Virus record (IMG/VR): IMGVR_UViG_3300037454_000334
Location: 32,001 to 96,000 of that record
DNA: 64,000 nt
Source: a virus
Taxonomy: Duplodnaviria > Caudoviricetes
Reading direction: 5' to 3' (one strand)
The position numbers and the translations under genes are program-made. Shown here one piece after another: positions 18,537-28,900 of this stretch (its first letter is position 1; each line of letters opens with the position of its first letter). The notes below the pieces were generated by a model, which was not told the DNA's origin, did no database searches, and was given only the letters and a program-made list of their open reading frames with translations.

Positions 18537-19715
18537 TTACTGAACCGCGCGGACCGAGAAGCCGTAGAACCGATTGCCGTTGTACTGCGGGTAGACACCA
18601 CCAGAGCGGAAGAGCAAGTACCGACCATTCGTGGCGGAGTAGAGCGCAGCAGCCCAGTAGCTGCCGCGCGAGCCGCGGTTGTTCCAAGACGTGCCATCGC
18701 CGTCGCCTGAGCACGGAAAAAAGAGTTTCTTTCCGTTAATCTTAGACTTCAAATAGATACCCACTATACTATTAACTGTCACGAGCTTGTTGGCAGTCGA
18801 TGTCGGAATGGTTGTCGTACCGTCAGCCTGCAGATACTCTATGTTATTGAAAAGCTCAGCATATTCATCGGTGGTAGGCATGCGCCATGGCGCACCAAGA
18901 TTGGCACGGGCGGCATCCATAGACGGTGGAATATTACCAGTGAGAGCTGCTCCTGGTGTTGATGCGTAAGGGCCGTCGTTACTGCTTCCCCAGTCGTAGG
19001 TGAACGACGATGCGTTGGCAGGGTTATGACCTTCTGTGTTACCCCATGAGAAGAACGTACACTCATACTGGTACTCTGATGCGGCAAAACCATTTGCCTG
19101 TGTCACGTCGATATTCTTCTTAGCCCACTTCAAGCCACTAGGCAGACCCATGTCAACCCAAAGCTCACTATCATCGTCACTCTGCTCCAGTCCGCCCATA
19201 CAGATGACGTTATAGTTCGTACCGTCATAGACAAAGGTCACGGTGGTACGTGGACGAATAACACCTGGCTGTATTGCTGAACCATTGATAACAATCGGCT
19301 TTGCGCCTTGGGCATTGATATTAAGCGTAGCTCCAGCTATGTTCACACCATTCTGGAAGAATACGCTAACGGGTACGTTCTTCAGTAGAATATAATGAGC
19401 CAGCGTAACTGTCTTCGCAGCGGTTGTAGCTGCCGTTGAACAAGAGCCGAGGCCACTTCCCGCATAAGCCATGTCGCTCGTGATGTTGTCAATCTTTGTT
19501 CCCTGTGCGGCAGTGGCGAAGTCGCTCGGCTTCTTTCCGCTGTCTGTAGGATTACCATTTCCATCCAATCCAGCGAAATTTCCACTGGTAGGATTGTTTA
19601 CTTTGTCGGCCTTTCCTTGCGCGATAAGTGTGGTCTGCTGTGCCATCGTCTCCATGGCGGTGGCAATGCGCTGCTGCGTGGCGTCGAGATTAATTGGGGA
19701 TGTAATTTCTGACAT
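18537..19715 (-). CDS. DGR target protein (putative receptor-binding fibre, C-type-lectin-like C-terminus)
   Basis: WVDMGLPSGLKWAKKNI, WRMPT, FFPCSG, GFSVRAVQ; VR at the 3' end. Confidence 0.9.
   Translation of the reverse strand: MSEITSPINLDATQQRIATAMETMAQQTTLIAQGKADKVNNPTSGNFAGLDGNGNPTDSGKKPSDFATAAQGTKIDNITSDMAYAGSGLGSCSTAATTAAKTVTLAHYILLKNVPVSVFFQNGVNIAGATLNINAQGAKPIVINGSAIQPGVIRPRTTVTFVYDGTNYNVICMGGLEQSDDDSELWVDMGLPSGLKWAKKNIDVTQANGFAASEYQYECTFFSWGNTEGHNPANASSFTYDWGSSNDGPYASTPGAALTGNIPPSMDAARANLGAPWRMPTTDEYAELFNNIEYLQADGTTTIPTSTANKLVTVNSIVGIYLKSKINGKKLFFPCSGDGDGTSWNNRGSRGSYWAAALYSATNGRYLLFRSGGVYPQYNGNRFYGFSVRAVQ
18540..18721 (-). repeat. DGR variable repeat (VR)
   Basis: 17 mismatches to the TR, 16 at TR adenines. 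Confidence 0.96.
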
Positions 19716-19742
19716 AATCTTGAATATTTTAGAATGTTAATA

Positions 19743-20180
19743 CTATGTCGTAGTGTATGTCTGGCAGAGTTGTCCATTGACTACCGATAAACCATAGGCA
19801 TCTACATAATCCTTCACCTTGGTTGGCACGGCTGGTGTCTTGATGTCCGATGTGGAGACTGCGCCTTCCAGTGTTGCGTTGTAGGCATTGGCCTCGGCTG
19901 TGGAGAGCGTGTCGCCGGCCTCCTTCTCTGCGCCGGTGATGGCCTCGTTATAGGCCGCAGCCTGCTCGGCGGTCAGCGGGTCGGTCGAGTTGAGTGCGCC
20001 CGTCAGCAGTGCGTTGTAGGCGTCGGCCTCCGACTGCGTGTAGTAGACGGCCTCCGACGTGTTGGGGATGCCGATCATCTCACCGGTGTATCGCTGCATG
20101 ACCTTCTCGACATGCTTCATCATGCCACCAAGGGTGACGGCATCTGTCTTCTGTTCTGGTGTAATCGAGTTCTGTGACAT
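19743..20180 (-). CDS. fibre-associated hypothetical protein with 3 internal repeats (T.xEAxAYN)
   Basis: TQSEADAYN / TAEQAAAYN / STAEANAYN. Confidence 0.75.
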   Translation of the reverse strand: MSQNSITPEQKTDAVTLGGMMKHVEKVMQRYTGEMIGIPNTSEAVYYTQSEADAYNALLTGALNSTDPLTAEQAAAYNEAITGAEKEAGDTLSTAEANAYNATLEGAVSTSDIKTPAVPTKVKDYVDAYGLSVVNGQLCQTYTTT

Positions 20181-20205
20181 AATCCTTCTGTTTTTGTTGA
20201 TACTA

Positions 20206-20239
20206 CAAAATTAAATTCGTGCCGGATTCAAAATGGGAC
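20206..20239 (-). promoter_or_regulatory. GTCCC-N21-TAATTTTG promoter
   Basis: Motif upstream of the unit containing the DGR target. Confidence 0.75.
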
Positions 20240-20243
20240 AACC

Positions 20244-20402
20244 CTACTGCGACGGGGCGACGGTGAAGACAATCTCCTCGGCAGCGGCCTCACATTCGGC
20301 ATCGCTGGCAACAGTCGTCGACGGGAACTCGGCCCGCATCTTCTGCCTGAACCGTTCAAGGCGGCGGACCGTTACATACTTCGTTGGGTTTGTTAGTGCC
20401 AT
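20244..20402 (-). CDS. 52-aa adaptor-like peptide
   Basis: MALTNPTKYV...CEAAAEEIVFTVAPSQ; both ends shared with neighbouring proteins. Confidence 0.65.
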   Translation of the reverse strand: MALTNPTKYVTVRRLERFRQKMRAEFPSTTVASDAECEAAAEEIVFTVAPSQ

Positions 20403-20477
20403 ATCTCTTTCGTTTTTTATGTGAATACTTAGTAACTCCGTGTGGAGTCGAACCACACGGAGCCGATGGGAAAGAGA

Positions 20478-21437
20478 TTAAGCGAAGATCTCGTCGATGT
20501 CGTTGTCGGAGCACTCCAACAGGTTGTCGAGCTTCTCCTTGTCGGTAGCCAACATCAGACCGTTGGTGCCGCCTGTGCCAGAGGTAGAGGCAGACACGTT
20601 GGGAACGGTCTTCTTGTGTACGGTGATCTCACCGTTGGTGTCCTGTGTCACGCTGTCGACGAAGGTCGTGTCGTTGCCGCTGGTGGTGGCGTCGCTGTCA
20701 GCAACAGCATCCTGCTTGATCTTGTAGTCGCTGTGCTTGTGACCAGAGTCAACGGGGTTGCCGTTGGCGTCGAAGGCGGCGAAGTTGCCCTCCACGGCGT
20801 CGGCGTCGATGGTAGCCAGGTCGGTGGCTGCGATGCCGGCGTCAACGAGGTTGCCGTTAGCGTCGAGCTTGGCGATGTTGCCAGCAGTAGCAGAAGCCAC
20901 CTTGTCAGCCTTTCCAGAGATATCCTGGTGGGCAACGAGAACGTCCTGAGAAAGACCGCTCTTCAGCTGGATGTTCTTCTTGGTGGCGTCGCCAGATACG
21001 TCCGTGATGGACATCTCGCTCTTCAAGGCATAACCGCTCAGGTCATACATACCGGCGAAGATGTCATACTTGTAGACGCCAGTCGAAGGATTGGCGATGT
21101 ACACGTTGGCACCTGCGGGGATGCTGTGGCCAGCGCCCTCCACGAAGTCGGCTGTCGTGGTGAAGGCATCGGAGATGTTATACATGAAACCGACATTGGC
21201 GGCTACGAGGTCGGTCGTAGGATCAAGACCTGCGAAAGCCTTCGTTCCCTTGGGGACGATGCTTGAAGGCAGGGCCTGGATCTTGCCGAGCAACTCAGCG
21301 AGAGCAGCCTCTACGGTTTCTGCGTTAAGACCTGTGATGGCGCTGATGGCCTGGGTCTGATACTTGGCAGCCAATTTTGTTTCAAAACGCTGCAATCTCT
21401 GTACGCTAACGTACTTTGTTGGATTTGTTAGAGCCAT
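20478..21437 (-). CDS. putative tail/head fibre protein
   Basis: QDISGKADKV and GNFAAFDANGNPVDSG repeats, GLMLATDKEKLD fibre motif. Confidence 0.75.
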   Translation of the reverse strand: MALTNPTKYVSVQRLQRFETKLAAKYQTQAISAITGLNAETVEAALAELLGKIQALPSSIVPKGTKAFAGLDPTTDLVAANVGFMYNISDAFTTTADFVEGAGHSIPAGANVYIANPSTGVYKYDIFAGMYDLSGYALKSEMSITDVSGDATKKNIQLKSGLSQDVLVAHQDISGKADKVASATAGNIAKLDANGNLVDAGIAATDLATIDADAVEGNFAAFDANGNPVDSGHKHSDYKIKQDAVADSDATTSGNDTTFVDSVTQDTNGEITVHKKTVPNVSASTSGTGGTNGLMLATDKEKLDNLLECSDNDIDEIFA

Positions 21438-21522
21438 AATGCAAAACAAATTTTAGTTAATAAATCTAGTGAACTATGCTGAGATTTCGTCTCATTCAAT
21501 TTTTGTGTCGGTGGTGCGCAGA

Positions 21523-21804
21523 TTATTTAGTCTTGCGCGGTTTTCTAGGTGGCTTCTTATTAGCGGCATTGGATGGCTTTGTCTCGACACGCATGGTGAC
21601 GAAGAGCTGACCATCACCGTCCTGCATCAGCAGCTTGGTCTGGCCCGACTCCTTGCAGTAGTCAACGAAGAACTCGGTATACATCGTCATAATCTCCTCG
21701 CCGCTGATCTTGTGCTTGTCTGCACTCAGCGAGCCATCTTTCCGCTCTCGGGCGGCATAGAAGCCGTCTTCAGTTCTGAACAATTCAATTTCCTTCTGTT
21801 TCAT
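21523..21804 (-). CDS. hypothetical protein
   Basis: 93-aa ORF in operon. Confidence 0.7.
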   Translation of the reverse strand: MKQKEIELFRTEDGFYAARERKDGSLSADKHKISGEEIMTMYTEFFVDYCKESGQTKLLMQDGDGQLFVTMRVETKPSNAANKKPPRKPRKTK

Positions 21805-21818
21805 AATATCGCCTTAAT

Positions 21819-22118
21819 TTATTGTTGGTTTTTGAAGATGCTGTCGATATCGTCATCGGCGGCCTCGATGTTCGGGTCGAGGTCTTCCTGATGCACGCCG
21901 CCGTCCTTGATCTGCTCGGTATCAACGCTGTCCTTGGGGAGGACGTCGATGGTCGAGCCTTCCGGGAAGCGGATGACGAGGTGGCGCTTACCGACGATCG
22001 AGCCTACGAGCATGTTCTGCCCGTCCACCTTTTTATAGTAATAGCGCTGGTTGCCCTCCTGGATGGACTCAAGTCCCTTGAAGTCCTCGGGCAAGTAACT
22101 TGGATATTCTTTTGCCAT
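21819..22118 (-). CDS. hypothetical protein, C-terminal ADDDIDSIF motif
   Basis: 99-aa ORF. Confidence 0.72.
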   Translation of the reverse strand: MAKEYPSYLPEDFKGLESIQEGNQRYYYKKVDGQNMLVGSIVGKRHLVIRFPEGSTIDVLPKDSVDTEQIKDGGVHQEDLDPNIEAADDDIDSIFKNQQ

Positions 22119-22133
22119 ATTATTGATCTAAAA

Positions 22134-22889
22134 CTAATCTCCTTCTTCTTCCTGCATCTCGTCGGGGAAGCCGCCGGAGCCGCCTGTGGCGGGGTTGTCG
22201 AAGATCTCGTCGATATCCGAGTCGTCGGCCTCATTCTCGTCCTGGATGTCCTCTATCTCGTCGATCACGGTCGTATCGTCGCTGATGCCACGCATCACGT
22301 CCATCAGCTCGGGGATGGTGTTCACCTGCTCGTTGGGTTCCTTGCCTTCCATCAGCTTGAGGAACTCATCCCCCTTCATCTTCATCTTTACCTTTCCCAT
22401 ATTCTCTACGATTTCTGAAATGTCATTGCTGAACTGGATGCGGTAGCCCTCGGCGGTCAGGACGTAGTTGCCGTCACAGTCTGCAAGGTAATCCTCACCG
22501 TCGACATATACCGACCATACCTGCTCGTACTCGACAGGGCACTGCTCCGGATGGTGCTTCTGGCGACTGGTCTCCATGCAGCCCTCACGGCAGACGAACA
22601 GCTCCTGACGGTCTGTCCACACACGGCGCTGCTTGTCGTAGTCCTCGTCCTCGTAGGCCCCGATGAAGACGGCGTAGTGCGTGCCCTCCTTGACGTTCTC
22701 CATCGCGAAGTACCACCGTGCCTCTGAGTCGTAGAAGCAGTCGTCCTTCTTGATGCGGGCCACGACGCGGCCATACTGGTTCTTCACCACTATCTCGAAG
22801 TAGTCGCGGGCGAGGTTGAAGTCGTCCTTTGTCGTTGTGACACGGAACTTCAGGTCGTTGCCGGGGTTGCAGGCGGGTATCGTTGTCAT
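22134..22889 (-). CDS. hypothetical structural protein, ADDSDIDEIF motif
   Basis: 251-aa ORF downstream of a GTCCC promoter. Confidence 0.78.
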   Translation of the reverse strand: MTTIPACNPGNDLKFRVTTTKDDFNLARDYFEIVVKNQYGRVVARIKKDDCFYDSEARWYFAMENVKEGTHYAVFIGAYEDEDYDKQRRVWTDRQELFVCREGCMETSRQKHHPEQCPVEYEQVWSVYVDGEDYLADCDGNYVLTAEGYRIQFSNDISEIVENMGKVKMKMKGDEFLKLMEGKEPNEQVNTIPELMDVMRGISDDTTVIDEIEDIQDENEADDSDIDEIFDNPATGGSGGFPDEMQEEEGD

Positions 22890-22920
22890 ATTTATGATTT
22901 TCGATTTTTGATTTCTACTC

Positions 22921-22954
22921 CAAAGTTATGATTAGGCCGATTTCAAAATGGGAC
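22921..22954 (-). promoter_or_regulatory. GTCCC-N21-TAACTTTG promoter
   Basis: Motif match. Confidence 0.75.
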
Positions 22955-22958
22955 AACC

Positions 22959-23858
22959 TTACGACAAGGGTGCGACGGTGAAGACAATCTCCTCGGCTGC
23001 CTGCTCACAAAGCTCGTAGGAGGCGAAGGTCAACTTATCCTGTTTTTCAGCAAAAGCGTTGTAAAGCCCTCCAGACTTCACAGCGTGATCTGAGTCCTCC
23101 GTCGGCTCATCATCGAAGGCGATATGCTCCAGCACCATCTGCGCCAGGGCTTCCTTCTCAGCCTCTGTCATGCTCTCCCAGTCGAGGTCGTCGCCCTTGG
23201 CATACGGCCCCTTAGTATATTGTTCGGTCGTGATGTCGTAGGTGTACCAGTAGTTCACGTCGCCGGGATGCGCTGCCGTGCCGTCGGCTACATAGGGTGG
23301 ATGTCCGTTCCAGGCCTCGCAAAGTCCTGCGGCAGTGGTGGCACGAGATGTGGCGGCGGTAGCGTCGGCCTTCAGGTCAGCCCATTCCTTCTGAACACCA
23401 CTTCCCTCGCTCTGCTCGGTAGGAGCCTCGCCGAACCAGTGGTTCCAGATGTAACGCACACCCGTCGGCAGGAGGTCGCTGAACCAGTGATCCCAAAGGT
23501 AGCGTACACCCGTCTGCAGAACATCGCTGAACCAGTCGCTGAAGGTCTTCTGCACACCGCTGTTCGCGTCTGTACCGAACCATGTGTCGAAGTCCGTGCG
23601 AACCTGCTGGCCGACTGCGACAGCCGCACGGCCACCATCGGTCATCGCCTGCCAGTAGAGGGCGCCGTAGGTCACGTCATCCGGGGCGATGCCCGATATC
23701 TCGATGGCCCTACCCTGTGCGTCGAGAGCCTTACAAACCCATGAGTCATGGGCATAGAGTACAACATGGTTCAGCGTATAGGTCGCTGTCGGTGAATAAG
23801 GGCCGCGTGGCAGCATACCGGCCGGGCCTACATCTGATACAAATACTTGAGTTGCCAT
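22959..23858 (-). CDS. fibre-associated protein with Trp-rich GVRYxWxHWF repeats
   Basis: FDDEPTEDSDHAVKSGGLY fibre motif; repeats. Confidence 0.75.
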   Translation of the reverse strand: MATQVFVSDVGPAGMLPRGPYSPTATYTLNHVVLYAHDSWVCKALDAQGRAIEISGIAPDDVTYGALYWQAMTDGGRAAVAVGQQVRTDFDTWFGTDANSGVQKTFSDWFSDVLQTGVRYLWDHWFSDLLPTGVRYIWNHWFGEAPTEQSEGSGVQKEWADLKADATAATSRATTAAGLCEAWNGHPPYVADGTAAHPGDVNYWYTYDITTEQYTKGPYAKGDDLDWESMTEAEKEALAQMVLEHIAFDDEPTEDSDHAVKSGGLYNAFAEKQDKLTFASYELCEQAAEEIVFTVAPLS

Positions 23859-23907
23859 ATCTGTTTTTATTTACGATTTACGGATTTACGATTTACCATT
23901 TACGATT

Positions 23908-25821
<1,914 letters not shown>

Positions 25822-25846
25822 AGTCTGTTGTTTTTGTTTCTGAAAG

Positions 25847-25880
25847 CAAATTTATATAAGGTTTGAAATAAAAGTGGGAC
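25847..25880 (-). promoter_or_regulatory. GTCCC-N21-TAAATTTG promoter
   Basis: Motif match. Confidence 0.75.
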
Positions 25881-25914
25881 AACCCCCTGCCGAGGGCTGC
25901 CGCCACCAGTGTGA

Positions 25915-28900
25915 TTATGTACCCATGTAGCTCCAGTACCATTTGTAGTCGTAGTACACAAGTTCTGCGCGGTCGTAGTCATCGAGAGGCACCTGTGTCT
26001 CACTCTGGTAATCGCCGTCAACGACTATTCTGTCAGAACCCTGCACCTTGATGTAGATACCGTCGTCCAGGTTCTTGACGGTGATGACCTTCCCGTTGTG
26101 CGGATTATTGGGCAGGTAGATGTCACGTGTCCCCTTTCCAGCAATCACATAGTCATCATATTCATCCAGGGTGACATTGCCGGCACTGTCGGATATCTTC
26201 CTGATGGCACGACCCGCATAGAAGGGCGTCCATCCTTCACGCTTGTGCCACCGCTCCAGCTGCACGCCGGACGAGCCGTGGATGATGCGGAAGCCGTCCT
26301 GCGAGCCTCTTGAATAGAGGCCCTTGGTGTCGAGGATGGTGACGTTGGTCTCGCTCGAGCTCTGCGATTCCGAGCCGGAGTTGATCTTCACAAAAGCTCC
26401 GCCAACGCCGTTCGTCTGGAAGTCGTTGGCATAAACCTTGCCTGTCTTTCCGTCGACGGCGAAATTCGGGATGAAGGCGGAGGCAGAGCTCATATCGTTC
26501 GGGTTGAACCTCTGATAGCTGGAGGAGTCGTATCCGTTCACCTTGCCGTACTGCGATATCATCCAGTCACCATTAATGATGAACGAACCAAGATAGGCCG
26601 AGTCGGCAAACGTCACCTTCGTCATGAAATACTCGAAGACGGAGGTCATCTGCTCCCAGCCTGCTGCCGTCTGTGTGTCAGGCTCTGTCGTGTTTGCGCC
26701 AGAGGACTTGACATTCATCCAGAAGCTCGCTCCGTGCTTGACATAATAGCCGACAGTGGTGGTGTTCTCAATGGCTACGTAAGGATTTGACCCAGGCCCG
26801 CAGTCAACACCCCACACGCCGAGGTAGCGGTACCAGAGGCCTGTCTTGCCTTGGGATCCGGTGTCGCCTGTCAGGCGGACATACGACCAATCTGTATAGA
26901 TTCCGGTTGACGGGTTGTAAGTATGGGTACGCTGCCATACGAACGGCTTGTATACCGACGGCAACGGAGCTACAGATACCCAGTCGGACTCCCGGCAGTC
27001 TGCAGGCATTGCGCCGTCCTGTGCCGTCTTGTAGGCACTGAGGGCATACTGTTTCTCCTCGTATACCCCTTGTGGGCCCTGTGGTCCTGGCACGGTACTG
27101 GCATCGCCGGGGTCGCCCTTTGACCCGTCCCTGACGACCGGTATGGTCTCACGGTCGAGAATGGCGCCGTTTTTGAACAGCGCGAGGTACACGTTATCGT
27201 CGGAGACGAGGGCCTGAAGTTGGTTGGCGGGATTCAAGGCCGACCAGTCTTTCTCTGACGAATCCGACGCCGGCATCTTGCTCGTGCTGTACCGGACGGT
27301 CACGCCAAGCGACGACAGGTTAGCGCTGGTGGCGTCCTTGCTGTCGCTGCTGGAGCCGTCGATCTTCACCACCTTCAGCGAGAGGACCGGCGGGTTGTTG
27401 AGCGTGTTGTCATCGTTCCTCTTACACGGCAGCGCCGAGTGCGACGGCGACAGCTGGTAGAGGGCGTCCATCTTCGCCGCCGTGACGGTGAACACGGCCT
27501 TGTAAACGACGTCGTTGTATGAATAGCTGATCTCGATCTCATAGGAGTCGTTCATCGTCCTGCCTGCGAAGAATCCCCACGACAGCTTCTTCCCTTTCCC
27601 GGAAGCGGAGGCCGTGAACGTTGCCACTGGAGTCTGGCCTGTTGTGACGGGGCCTCCGGTGACGCTGATGCCTTTCCCCGTGCTCGGGTTGACGGCAGCG
27701 GCGCTGATGTCCACCTCCTTCGACCCGTCGTACAGGCTGACGACGGTCTCCACGGTGCGCGCCAGCGTCACCTTGCCGTCGCTGCTGGTCAGGACGGAGT
27801 CCATCTCGTTCGAGATGTCGAGCTTGGAGACGTTCTTCCCGTTCTCACCGTCCTTGATGACAGGCACCGTCTCCCGGTCGAGCAGCACGCCGGAGGAGTT
27901 GAACATGGCGATGAAGACGCTTGGGACGGAGCTGATGGCCTGATAGCTGTTGTCGGCAGGCCATGGGGATCCGCCTGATGCCGATGTCGGCATGCCGGAC
28001 GTGCTGTAGCGCACGATGACGCCCAGGTCCGTCAGCTTGTCGGCTATGGCGTCCAGCTCCTCGGTGCTCGCACCGTCGACCTTCACCACCTTCAGCGAGA
28101 GTGCCGGCGGGTCGTTGAGCGTGTTGTCTGCCTTCCTGGTGCATGGCAGCGCCGAGAGGGAGGGCGACAGCTGGTAGATGGGCTGGCCCTTCGACGGGGC
28201 GATGGTTATCACGGAAGTGTAGACCGTCCCCGTGTCTGGGTCCGGGTACCTGTAGTTGACCTTGACCTCCAGTGCGTTTTTCATGGAGAAGTTCTTGGTG
28301 ATCTTGAACGTCAGCTTCAAGCCCTTCCCTTCCTGCTCTTTTGGATATGGCGTCAGGCCGCCATCTGTCCACAGCTTGTTATCCTTGAGGGTTATCTCCG
28401 TCGTTCCATCAAACAGGCGGGCTATGGTTGTTATTATGCGTTCCTCCGTCACCAGCCCATTGGCGTCCGTCTGTACCATGTCCATCTCGTTCGACAGGTC
28501 GAGGCGGATGTTGCTGTCGCCGTAGTGGCTCCAGAGAGCCATCTTGCCCGAGTACTTCTCCCACTGGCGCTGGCCCTGGGAGGCGCCGGTCGTTGCCGGG
28601 GCAGCCTTGGTGCGCTTGGAAACCCACTCGTAGGGGTATTCGCGGCTGACGCCTGCAGGGTCGTCGGTACACTCGACGTTGCCAGAGAGCGACCCTCCGC
28701 TGGCCAGCGGCAGGTATTCGTCGTCGAGGTAGGTGCGGCCCCTGGAGTCCGTGCGGCTGTCCGCGCTGGCGACGATGGCCGGGGCGACGCTGGTCTTGGT
28801 GCGGATGTAGACGTACTCCATGCCGTCGCCGTCCTGCCCATTCTTCCCCCACTTGCTCCATATCCTCGGAGCGGAGAAGTCGCCCCAGGTGTGGCCGCCG

